Part shown: positions 8,597 to 17,321 of the stretch, in pieces
How the letters are laid out: every line of letters starts with the position of its first letter
Numbering within the stretch: position 1 is the stretch's first letter
Origin: Deinococcales bacterium
GTDB lineage: Bacteria; Deinococcota; Deinococci; Deinococcales; JAAFIG01
Direction: 5' to 3'
Assembly: GCA_031414595.1 (NCBI GenBank)
Contig: JANNVX010000057.1
Span: forward strand, 1 to 20,021
Length of the DNA stretch: 20,021 nt
Notes under the pieces: generated by a model
Database searches by the model: none
The model's input: the letters and a program-made list of their open reading frames with translations, nothing else
What the model was told of the DNA's origin: nothing
Position numbers and translations under genes: made by a program

Positions 8597-10276
8597 TTAG
8601 GGTACAGTCAAAAATACGGCACTGACAGGACCCCAGTTGTTGCTCGAGTCGCGTCCACGTACAAAAATCGTATGTTTGCCCGAACTCAGTCCTGCGGTGC
8701 TGATATTGGCGCTGGCATTTTCGCTCGAGGTGTTAAAACTGCCGTCTGTGGCGCTCATGGCATTGGCGACTGCACCACTTGCCCAAGGTGGGGTATCAAT
8801 ATAGTATTCGGCGGCGGCTACGCTTTGGGTTGGTTCTGTGCCGTTGGTATTGCTAAAGCGTGTGTCGTTTAGGCTGACGGTTAAGGCGCTGCCTGCAAGT
8901 GTGAGATTTAAGGCATCTGGTCCGGCTGGCAATTGATAAGGCGCTCGAGCCACACGAATAGCGTACAACAAAGCATTTAAGTTATTTGGCAAGATGGTGT
9001 TGGTAAAATCAGAGCATGGTTGAAAGAACGACGTGCCAAGTTCAAAGGTGTATGAAGCAATGCCAAGTGCGCCGTAAACATAATCATCGGATGTGCCACT
9101 GGTGGGGTATAAACCAACCGATTGTTGCGGGGTATAGTTATTAAAGTAAGCAAATTTGCGCCCAAGGGTTTGTAAAGCTGTTCCGTTTGGGGCGGCACTG
9201 CTGCGGCTTCCCCAAGGCCAGAGTACCAGTTGGCTGTAGCTATGCAGCGTAATGAAGATGCCACTGGTGCTGGCTGGCGCGGCATCGGTGGTGTTTGGTC
9301 CGCGTTGGTCTGGGAAAAGGCTCGAGGCATAGTTTTGAATGCCTTGGGTTTCTGGCTCAGAAGCGGCACTTGGTCCTCGGTAGGTTTCGTTGCATTGGTT
9401 GCTGCTCGAGCCGCCAGTATTCCATTCAAAGCTGCTGTTGCGGTTCAGGTCTGCGCCTTTGGTGCTGCTGCGGCAATAATTGGTATTGTTGTTTTTGCGC
9501 CATAAAACCCCAGCCTCGGCTTTTTTACGTCCATCAGGGTTGGCTTGTAATAAGAAATGGACTTCGTGATGGTCAAGCATCCAAGTCACATCTGGATTTG
9601 TCCCGTAATTGCTGGTCAGGTACTCAGCGAGACGGGTGGCGAGTTCGGCGGTGGTGTACTCTCGAGCATGAATCGCACTCATGATAAAGGCTTTGGGTTT
9701 TGTGCCAGCAATGTTTTTATTGGTCAGTTTTAGAACCCGAAGGTCATATCCACCAGTATTTCGGGTTTTCTGCCAGCTATCGCCAACATCAGACCAAGTG
9801 GCGAGGTTCGGATAAGTATCAACGATATTCTGAGCGCCAGTAAAGGTTTCTTCAACGGTGCGGTAACAAGTGTAACCACTGATGGTTTGGGTTTTAATAC
9901 TTGCAAGTCCTTGTGTGTCTATTTTGCGAATCAAGTTACTTTGTTGAGTGGTGAGGGCGGTGTCTACACTGACTTCGATTTTTAGACTCGGCTCGAGGTC
10001 GCGTAATTTAGCAAAGTCTTCTAGGTTAAGGTCGGTCAATAAGTAACCTTTGGCGTAATTCATTTCGATAGGTTCAAAGCTAATTGCAATTTTTCGGGCA
10101 GTGATGTCATCACTAAATTTGACGCGGCTGATCACCAATTCGTTTTGTTCAAAAGCGTATTTTTCTGCTTGGCTGAGGTTGCCAAGTTCGCTTTGGGTGC
10201 TGGCTTTTTGACAGCCGACCAAAGCCAACGCCGCAAAAATAGCAAGGACGGGTGTTGAATTACGCCAATGATTCAT
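8597..10276 (-). CDS. M14 zinc carboxypeptidase (carboxypeptidase T-like) lipoprotein with C-terminal Ig-like domain
   Basis: HARE zinc motif, NPDG, WRKN, DLNRN, LHSYS and FELG. Lipobox LVGC. A GGAGG RBS lies 5 nt before ATG 10276. Confidence 0.92.
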   Translation of the reverse strand: MNHWRNSTPVLAIFAALALVGCQKASTQSELGNLSQAEKYAFEQNELVISRVKFSDDITARKIAISFEPIEMNYAKGYLLTDLNLEDFAKLRDLEPSLKIEVSVDTALTTQQSNLIRKIDTQGLASIKTQTISGYTCYRTVEETFTGAQNIVDTYPNLATWSDVGDSWQKTRNTGGYDLRVLKLTNKNIAGTKPKAFIMSAIHAREYTTAELATRLAEYLTSNYGTNPDVTWMLDHHEVHFLLQANPDGRKKAEAGVLWRKNNNTNYCRSSTKGADLNRNSSFEWNTGGSSSNQCNETYRGPSAASEPETQGIQNYASSLFPDQRGPNTTDAAPASTSGIFITLHSYSQLVLWPWGSRSSAAPNGTALQTLGRKFAYFNNYTPQQSVGLYPTSGTSDDYVYGALGIASYTFELGTSFFQPCSDFTNTILPNNLNALLYAIRVARAPYQLPAGPDALNLTLAGSALTVSLNDTRFSNTNGTEPTQSVAAAEYYIDTPPWASGAVANAMSATDGSFNTSSENASANISTAGLSSGKHTIFVRGRDSSNNWGPVSAVFLTVP

Positions 10277-10299
10277 GATGACCTCCACAGTAAAACCCT

Positions 10300-10358
10300 A
10301 GAACTGAATATCATCTTAAACCAAAGCTGAACCAGAATGTAAGATGGTATTCAGTTCT
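10300..10358. promoter_or_regulatory. 19-bp inverted repeat upstream of the carboxypeptidase gene
   Basis: AGAACTGAATATCATCTTA (10300-18) and TAAGATGGTATTCAGTTCT (10340-58) match at 18 of 19 positions with a 21-bp spacer. Confidence 0.6.
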
Positions 10359-10423
10359 GTACTACAAAATCAAGTTTTTACCCTGAGAAAAGTCGGACTT
10401 GAAGGTTCAATTTATGTTGCCAA

Positions 10424-13297
10424 TCACTTACCAAAGAATAGCCCACCGTAGCCCGGAACACTGACAATCCCCGAGAATTGCAAACCAGGCGCAGCTGTCG
10501 GGCTGCTGGCATCAGCTAAATCGGCGGCGCTGTATTTGTAAATGTTGCCAAGGGCTGTGCCAAAGTTACCACAATTGGCATTGGCAGCACTTGCACCTTG
10601 GATATTGACCCATAGTTCGCCATTTGGCGCAGTTGCGATTCCACCGGGGCAGTGCATAAATGAACTGCCGTTAGAATTATTTTTGGAAATAAAACTCAGT
10701 TGTTGCACTTGATTATTGACAGGTGTGGCATTGATGTCGGTCAGCTTAAAGCCCATTAGGTTATCGCCACTGTTATTGGCGACCCATAGTTTTCCTGCCG
10801 CAATACTGATACCTTCTGGTAGTCTAAAATTATTACCGTTGGGCTGAAAAGTCAGGCGCAAGGTTGCATCATTAATTCGGTTAGGGTCTAAGTCATAGAC
10901 CCGCACTTTTCCGTTGGTGCTGCCATTAAAGTCCACATATTCAACAGCGTACAAACGATTAGCTGCCAAATGAACTCCAGACACAGCCACGTTCAGATTT
11001 AGGATTGGTAAAACCTGATTGGCATAGCTATTTGTGCCTGCGTTATATTTTAGATAGCGCAGACCACTTTGTGTACCGACAAAAAAACTGCGTCCGTCGG
11101 TATCAAGGGTTAAACCAATAAATTCGTTGATACCCGAAAACAGCGTTTCGCACTGACCAGCCGTGACGTTGACCACGCCATTTTGCGACACAACGGCTGC
11201 CGCAATTCTTATCACTTTTTGTACTCCAGGAGCAGAGAAAATAATATTTCCTGCGTTGTCTTGAATCAAATCATTCGGCAGAACATTACCGCAAGCAACT
11301 AAATTTAGGGTGGTGTCGGGTGCAATACCTGCATTTGCGCCACCCCATTTAGCTTGGCTGTAGCCACGAATGATGTTTTCGCGTAGCGAAGCGTGCCAGA
11401 GCTTAGGTAATGCGTTAGTGGCAACATTTACAGTCACCAGACTCGAGTCAACCGAACCGTTGGCGTTGGTGGCGGTTAAAATAAAACTGGTGGTGGCAGC
11501 TACAGTGCGGCTGGTACTCGAGCCAGTCACCACACCAACCCCTTGGTTAATGCTCAGGCTGGTTGCCCCTGTCACGTTCCAGCTTAGGGTAACGTTACCA
11601 CCGCCAACAGGCAGGTTTTCTTTATTGACCGCAAAAGAATTGATGCTTGGTTTTGGGGCGGGAGCAGCCCCACCATTGGCAAACGCCACGCCACCATAAC
11701 CAATGTTACTTTCGGTTGCGCCGCCAATACTGACACTTGGGGTGGTGGCGGCTGGGGTTTGGGCGAGTTGTGCGGCTGTATAGGCAATGGCTGCACCATC
11801 CCCTTGGTTATTTGCCCAGATTGTTCCAGTGCTGTTATCCTTGGCTAGACCGTAAATTTTGTTGGTTGCCCCTGAGCCAATAAACCGAGTTGCGCTTGGG
11901 TTAGGTGTGGTTAGTTGTGCGGCTGTAAAAACACTGATTCCAGAGGGCGCACCTTCTTGACCAACGTATAAATTTCCACTCGAGTCAAATTCTAAGCCAA
12001 CTGGTTTGACTAAATTCTGACTCAATACATAACTGGCTGCCGAATTATTTTGTTGTTCGGGTGGTGTAAAGCGCAAAACATTGTTACCCATAAAATTTGC
12101 CACCCAAAGGTTACCGCTCGAGTCTATGGCTAAGCCAGCTGGGAAACTTAAACCTTGGGTAATTTTACGGTCTGGGGTTTTTACACCCGAAGAGGTCAGA
12201 GCGCTGGCTGGAAAACGCACCAGACTATTGCTGTTGCTGACCCAAAGATTGCCGCTCGAGTCAAAGTTTAAGCCCAGTGGCGAACTCAGGCTATTTTGTG
12301 CATCGGTGTCTATAACTACGCTTGGGGTTGGATTACCCGTTTGATTAAATTGATTGGGCGTATAACCAAGCAATTGATTGCCAGTATTGTTGGTTGCCCA
12401 TAAGTTTCCACTTGGGTCAAACGCCAAATCGTTGGGTTTTGCATTCGCGGGTAACGTAATCGTGACGATTGGACTTGGTGAGCCGCTTACTGCCAATTGC
12501 CCTTTTCTATAGCCTTTAATCAGACCAGCATTGTAATTTGCCGCAAAAAGCACAGGCTTTGCGGTGACTTGTAAGGTTGTTTTTGCATTGACGGTGGCAC
12601 TATAAAAGGCGCTTAATTCGGTTGTGCCTTGATTGATTCCAGTCACTAAACCAGTTGTGGCATTGACCGTAGCAACGTTTGTATTCAATACCGACCATGT
12701 GACCGAAGGGGTCACTTGCTCGCCCTTACTGTTTTTGGCGCTCATGGTTGCTTGCACAGCAGCTTCTTCTGGGACATTGGCAATGTTAATCGAAATTGAG
12801 GTCGGTGTGAATAGCACCACAAGATATTTACAAACATAACAAAAGTATTCTTTAGAGATTTCAGTTACCCACTTAGAGGAAACGCGCTTGGTTGGATACA
12901 TTAGGTACTCAGTGTCGGCGGGTCGTCTTGCCAGCGTGACCAACAATGACCCTGCTGGTATAGCTTGCAGTGTAAATCGCCCACCCGAAGCACTGGTCAA
13001 CCCACTGTCTTCGATTTCTAAAGTCACATCTTGATTAGCGACAAATTCGTTTGGGGCGGTGATTTGAAAACTGCCACCGCCCAATGGCGTGTACTCGAGT
13101 GGCAGAGGTGGTGCAACAATCGGCTCGAGTTTAATATTGACTGGGGCTGTAAATGTATTGGCTGGAATGGTCAAGGCAGCCGAATTATTGGGAGTTGTTA
13201 CCACACCGCCAGTCACACCGATTCCAGGAGGGGTTGGTGGGGTACAAGCACTGATGAGTAAGCCAAGAACAACCAAGCCCAAAAATAATTTTTTCAT
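10424..13297 (-). CDS. Large surface lipoprotein with Ig-like (Big_2-like) domains and two NHL-like beta-propeller regions
   Basis: Lipobox ISAC and AGGAG RBS. VTWSVLNTNVATVNATTGLVTG is Big_2-like. Repeated P-x-GL-x-FDSSGNLWV blades, an Ig-like TLSWNVTGATSLSI segment and a second, more divergent propeller. Confidence 0.8.
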   Translation of the reverse strand: MKKLFLGLVVLGLLISACTPPTPPGIGVTGGVVTTPNNSAALTIPANTFTAPVNIKLEPIVAPPLPLEYTPLGGGSFQITAPNEFVANQDVTLEIEDSGLTSASGGRFTLQAIPAGSLLVTLARRPADTEYLMYPTKRVSSKWVTEISKEYFCYVCKYLVVLFTPTSISINIANVPEEAAVQATMSAKNSKGEQVTPSVTWSVLNTNVATVNATTGLVTGINQGTTELSAFYSATVNAKTTLQVTAKPVLFAANYNAGLIKGYRKGQLAVSGSPSPIVTITLPANAKPNDLAFDPSGNLWATNNTGNQLLGYTPNQFNQTGNPTPSVVIDTDAQNSLSSPLGLNFDSSGNLWVSNSNSLVRFPASALTSSGVKTPDRKITQGLSFPAGLAIDSSGNLWVANFMGNNVLRFTPPEQQNNSAASYVLSQNLVKPVGLEFDSSGNLYVGQEGAPSGISVFTAAQLTTPNPSATRFIGSGATNKIYGLAKDNSTGTIWANNQGDGAAIAYTAAQLAQTPAATTPSVSIGGATESNIGYGGVAFANGGAAPAPKPSINSFAVNKENLPVGGGNVTLSWNVTGATSLSINQGVGVVTGSSTSRTVAATTSFILTATNANGSVDSSLVTVNVATNALPKLWHASLRENIIRGYSQAKWGGANAGIAPDTTLNLVACGNVLPNDLIQDNAGNIIFSAPGVQKVIRIAAAVVSQNGVVNVTAGQCETLFSGINEFIGLTLDTDGRSFFVGTQSGLRYLKYNAGTNSYANQVLPILNLNVAVSGVHLAANRLYAVEYVDFNGSTNGKVRVYDLDPNRINDATLRLTFQPNGNNFRLPEGISIAAGKLWVANNSGDNLMGFKLTDINATPVNNQVQQLSFISKNNSNGSSFMHCPGGIATAPNGELWVNIQGASAANANCGNFGTALGNIYKYSAADLADASSPTAAPGLQFSGIVSVPGYGGLFFGK

Positions 13298-13432
13298 TGT
13301 TTCTCCTCATGAACTCGAGCAGTCTACAAGGCAGCCCGTTACCTCTGCGTTACCAGAATCACTATAAACAACATTTATGTTTTCAGAACAACTTGAATAA
13401 TTACTTTACCCGAACATCCAGTTCTCAGCCCA

Positions 13433-13462
13433 ATTGACAAGTCAATGAAACCCTTGTACCTT
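13433..13462 (+). promoter_or_regulatory. sigma70-type promoter with a palindrome over the -35 box
   Basis: TTGACA (13434-39), 17 bp, TACCTT (13457-62). ATTGAC-aa-GTCAAT dyad at 13433-46. Confidence 0.65.
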
Positions 13463-13468
13463 AAATCC

Positions 13469-13537
13469 ATGCAAACCTATCCCATCAGACTCGAGTGGTG
13501 CTGCGCTGCCAGCATCAAACGTTCTAAGTCTGGCTAG
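13469..13537 (+). CDS. Candidate leaderless 22-aa upstream ORF MQTYPIRLEWCCAASIKRSKSG
   Basis: The ATG lies exactly 6 nt after the -10 box, the same geometry as other leaderless genes here. It ends 95 nt before the dehydrogenase gene. Confidence 0.4.
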   Translation: MQTYPIRLEWCCAASIKRSKSG

Positions 13538-13632
13538 GTGATCACCACATTTTAGCGAATCTGTAAACGGTTCATAAAAAATAAATCTAGCTTCTTTAGC
13601 GATAGAGAAGAATTTGAGGATTAGGGTGTTTT

Positions 13633-14847
13633 ATGCGTGTCTTGTTAATTGGGGCTGGTGGAGTTGGAGGGGCTTTTGCGGTTATTGCGTCGCGGCGCAG
13701 TTTTATTTCTAAGTTAGTGGTGGCGGATTTTAGATTAGAAAAAGCCCAAGCTGTGGCAAGTGCTGCGGCTCGAGATGGGCTTGAAGCAGTGGCAGAAACC
13801 GTGGATGCCAGTGATTTTATCAGTGTGTTGGGTGTTGCCCAAAAACATCGTGTGGATGCAATTATCAATCTCTGCGCTCCGCTTTTTAATCCCCCAATTT
13901 TTAGGGCAGCTTTTGAACTGGGAATTATTTATTTGGATACCGCCGCCAATCTCTCAGAACCTCATCCCACCGACCCGTACAATAAAATTGGTAAGACTTT
14001 AGGGGTGGATCAATTTTCAGCCCATGACGCTTGGCTGCAACGTGGAGCGCTCGGCATCACCAGCATCGGGGTTGAACCGGGGCTTTCGGATGTCTTTGCC
14101 CGTTATGCAAAAGATTATTTGTTCTCGAGCATCGAAGAAATTGGTGTCCGAGACGGCGGGAATTTACAAATAGATGGCTTTGCCTTCGCGCCAACTTTTA
14201 ACATTTGGACAACCCTCGAAGAATGCCTCAATCCACCGATTTTTTACGATAAATCACGTGGTTGGTACACAGGTGAACCGATGAGCCAACTCGAGATTTT
14301 TGATTTTCCAGATGGTATCGGTCAACTTGAATGCGTGGCAGTCGAACACGAAGAAGTGCTGTTTATTCCGCGTTATATAGATGTGCAGCATGTCAGCTTT
14401 AAGTACGGGCTGGGTGCAGAGTTTATTGATGTCTTAAAAACCCTGCATAAACTTGGGCTTGATTCAACCAAAAAAATCGAGTTCGGTGACTTTGCGATTT
14501 CGCCAAGGGATTTTGTGGCGGCTGCCCTGCCCGACCCTGCCAAGTTAGGAGATCGAATGCACGGCAAAACCTGCGCTGGAACGTGGGTCAAAGGCATTGG
14601 TAAAAACGGTTTGCCTCGAGAAACCTATTTGCATCATGTGGCAGATAATGCCATCACAATGCGTGAATACGGTTGTCAAGCCGTGGTTTGGCAAACTGCC
14701 ATTAACCCCGTGATTGCCCTTGAACTGATTTTTAACGGCACGTGGCGTGGCGCAGGGGTTTACTGCCCGGAGCATTTTGCACCTAAGCCCTTCCTCGAGA
14801 TGTTAGCCGTATACGGCGCACCACACCGCCAACAAGAACGAATTTAA
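13633..14847 (+). CDS. Saccharopine dehydrogenase / carboxynorspermidine synthase family oxidoreductase
   Basis: N-terminal IGAGGVG Rossmann motif, YLDTA, GVEPGLSDVF, HEEV and GVYCPE. The exact substrate cannot be assigned. Confidence 0.85.
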   Translation: MRVLLIGAGGVGGAFAVIASRRSFISKLVVADFRLEKAQAVASAAARDGLEAVAETVDASDFISVLGVAQKHRVDAIINLCAPLFNPPIFRAAFELGIIYLDTAANLSEPHPTDPYNKIGKTLGVDQFSAHDAWLQRGALGITSIGVEPGLSDVFARYAKDYLFSSIEEIGVRDGGNLQIDGFAFAPTFNIWTTLEECLNPPIFYDKSRGWYTGEPMSQLEIFDFPDGIGQLECVAVEHEEVLFIPRYIDVQHVSFKYGLGAEFIDVLKTLHKLGLDSTKKIEFGDFAISPRDFVAAALPDPAKLGDRMHGKTCAGTWVKGIGKNGLPRETYLHHVADNAITMREYGCQAVVWQTAINPVIALELIFNGTWRGAGVYCPEHFAPKPFLEMLAVYGAPHRQQERI

Positions 14848-15434
14848 TTCTGACACTGTGTGGCTCGAGACACCCGCAAGGCTGCCCAATCAAAACGCGG
14901 GGTTTCGGCTTCGTTTGCCACATTGGGCTGGCTTGGCACAGGCAGATGCAATGCCGCAAGTCGGACACACCAGAGCAGCAAGCCTTGTTTGACCAACACA
15001 TTTTTCTCGAGTGGTAAAGCTATTGTTTGTGGCTCGAGCGTAATCAAAGCACTTTTTTCGGCAATTTTTAAGGCAAAACGCCAATTGCCCAGCAGTAGCG
15101 AATTCGGGCTGGTACTCGAGCCAATGATTAAAAAAGCTCTTTGATTGCGTGAAAACTCGAGCCGCGTTTCAGCCCCATCTGGGCGTAAACGAAAAGCTGT
15201 GGTTAGGGTTGTGCCAGCCAGTTTTTGTGATTCAAGCCAGGCTGGATAACCCAAGATACTGACCACGCCCGAACTCGTCTCGAGCAGTAATTTTTGCGAC
15301 TCGAGACGGGTTTTGGTAATCGTGCTTTTAGGGCGGTCTTCGGTGATTCCTTGGACAGCAATGCTTTGTCCTACTATTTGGCGTTGCGCCAAGACCAAAC
15401 TCGAGAGGAGCAACACAAAAAGTAGGTGTTTCAT
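14844..15434 (-). CDS. Secreted hypothetical protein
   Basis: Signal-peptide-like MKHLLFVLLLSSLVLA. Its start overlaps the stop of the upstream protease gene (ATGA). Confidence 0.75.
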   Translation of the reverse strand: MKHLLFVLLLSSLVLAQRQIVGQSIAVQGITEDRPKSTITKTRLESQKLLLETSSGVVSILGYPAWLESQKLAGTTLTTAFRLRPDGAETRLEFSRNQRAFLIIGSSTSPNSLLLGNWRFALKIAEKSALITLEPQTIALPLEKNVLVKQGLLLWCVRLAALHLPVPSQPNVANEAETPRFDWAALRVSRATQCQN

Positions 15435-17236
15435 TTCATTTCTTCACGTAAACGCTCAAAGAAGGCTGGGCTTGGCGCGGTTTCTGGATAAATTTCTTGG
15501 TGGTCATGGGAAGCTGGCACAAGGCTTGGGCTGATTTTTTGGGTTGCCGAGTTGGTGTAGGTGCTTTCCATTCTCGAGAAACCAAGGCGGATATTTGACC
15601 AATCGTCGTGGTCGGTCAGCACGTCTAAGGTTGCATCGGATAGAGGATTGAGGTTTTTAGCGATGTTATTTTGGATTGAACCACTGACATTCCAATCCAC
15701 ATCGGCTGCACCACGTCCCATACCAGCCGTTTCATTCAAGGCATTTTCGTTTAGGCTGCTCGAGCTTCCATCGGAGTAATCAATTTTGCAATTGGTGGTG
15801 TTTGGATTGTTGACTAAATTGGCAAAGGTCACTTGGGATGGATTGTAATTATAAAAATACCTGTCCGCCACACCCGTGCCAACCACTGGTCCAATACAAT
15901 CAAGTTGATAGGTATAGCTCATGATGCTGATGTAATTGGGTTTGTAATTGCGGTTTTCGTTTCCACCATGACGTAAATTCAGGTTATGTCCAAATTCGTG
16001 CATGATTGTACTTGCCATACGGTTATTTAAGTTATTGGTTCTGGCAACCGTATTTGGATTAAAGCCCCAACCGCCAAAAGAGACCAAACCATCATTGCCT
16101 AAAATTTCGGCTAAACCACTCGAGCCGGCTGTGCCGTTGGCGTTTTGCGAACTGCCCAAGACCATGTAATAAAAAATCAGACTGCGGGTAAAATCAAAAT
16201 TCTGCGATTTCAATTCGTAAACACTGCTGGCAAGTCCAGCATCAGGTGATAAACTAATGCTTTGGCTGTATGGCAGTAAACGCTGGGCATTGCCAAGGTT
16301 ATAATTGGCAGGGTCGAAGCCAGCACTAAACGCATCACCTGCATCTATGTGCAGACTAAAGTTTTTGGCTGCAAAAGCCGCGACCATCAAATCCAAAGCG
16401 GTTTTTTGTGGGTTTAAGCCGGGGTCTGAAGAGGTCATATTATCCAGTTCCATAAAAATATCGCGTTGATTGGTACGTGCGCCCATCGCAAATAAATCCA
16501 GTCCGCCAAATTTTCCACCCGTCACTTCGGCACTGTCTGGAATACCATCATTATCATTATCCGAGGCACTGGCTGGCACATCGTTCGGTGCGGCTGGTGT
16601 AGCATAGCTGCGCGAAGACCAATTGTTTTTATTGTTGCTGTCTGCCCCTGCACGGACAATCGCTTTACCCAAGTCCTTTGGGCGGTTATTGGCATCTACC
16701 CCAACTGGCAAAGCGGGTGCATTCGTGCCGCTCCAAGCACTGGCAATGGTGGGTTCGGTGGTGTTACTTCCCCAACGCACGAAATCAACACTATTTCCGC
16801 CTTTTAGTAGCTCGAGGAAACCGCCATCAAACCAGAATGGCACAACGTTACCATTGGCAACATAGACGCTTTTATTGGTGTTAAAAACATCCGCGCTGAC
16901 TTTGCCACCCACCACGGCGTAACCGCCGGCTGGAATGCTCATGGCTGGTAGATTCCAAGTGGTGGTACTCGAGCTACTGCTGTTGGTTGGAATACCTCGA
17001 GCGCGTAGGGTATAGCCTGCTAAATCAATGGCAGCATTGGTGGGGTTAAACACTTCAAACCAAGAAATTTGGTCGCGGTAATAGGCACTGCCGACCTCGG
17101 AAATCAGTAAATCCGTACCCGTGATTGGACCATTGTCCACGGGCGGGTCAACCACAGGTGTTGGACACGCCACTAAACCACCAATCAGCAGGGTTGCTAA
17201 CGCACTTGCCTTCCAGCGCCAACTTTTTATTTTCAT
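15431..17236 (-). CDS. Lipoprotein with a lamin-tail domain and a metzincin-type zinc metallopeptidase domain
   Basis: Lipobox LVAC. Lamin-tail-like LLISEV...WFEVFNPTNAAIDLAGYTL, Ca-binding-like DNDNDGIPDSAE, HEFGHNLNLRH and Met-turn SIMSY. Leaderless TGc-TAGGCT-N7-ATG. Confidence 0.85.
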   Translation of the reverse strand: MKIKSWRWKASALATLLIGGLVACPTPVVDPPVDNGPITGTDLLISEVGSAYYRDQISWFEVFNPTNAAIDLAGYTLRARGIPTNSSSSSTTTWNLPAMSIPAGGYAVVGGKVSADVFNTNKSVYVANGNVVPFWFDGGFLELLKGGNSVDFVRWGSNTTEPTIASAWSGTNAPALPVGVDANNRPKDLGKAIVRAGADSNNKNNWSSRSYATPAAPNDVPASASDNDNDGIPDSAEVTGGKFGGLDLFAMGARTNQRDIFMELDNMTSSDPGLNPQKTALDLMVAAFAAKNFSLHIDAGDAFSAGFDPANYNLGNAQRLLPYSQSISLSPDAGLASSVYELKSQNFDFTRSLIFYYMVLGSSQNANGTAGSSGLAEILGNDGLVSFGGWGFNPNTVARTNNLNNRMASTIMHEFGHNLNLRHGGNENRNYKPNYISIMSYTYQLDCIGPVVGTGVADRYFYNYNPSQVTFANLVNNPNTTNCKIDYSDGSSSSLNENALNETAGMGRGAADVDWNVSGSIQNNIAKNLNPLSDATLDVLTDHDDWSNIRLGFSRMESTYTNSATQKISPSLVPASHDHQEIYPETAPSPAFFERLREEMK

Positions 17237-17321
17237 AGGTACTAGCCTAGCACCAAAACGATTTTTTTGATGATAAGTTTTTCAAAAGGAAAGTGTTGTT
17301 TATTTTTTTCCTTCCTCCCAG

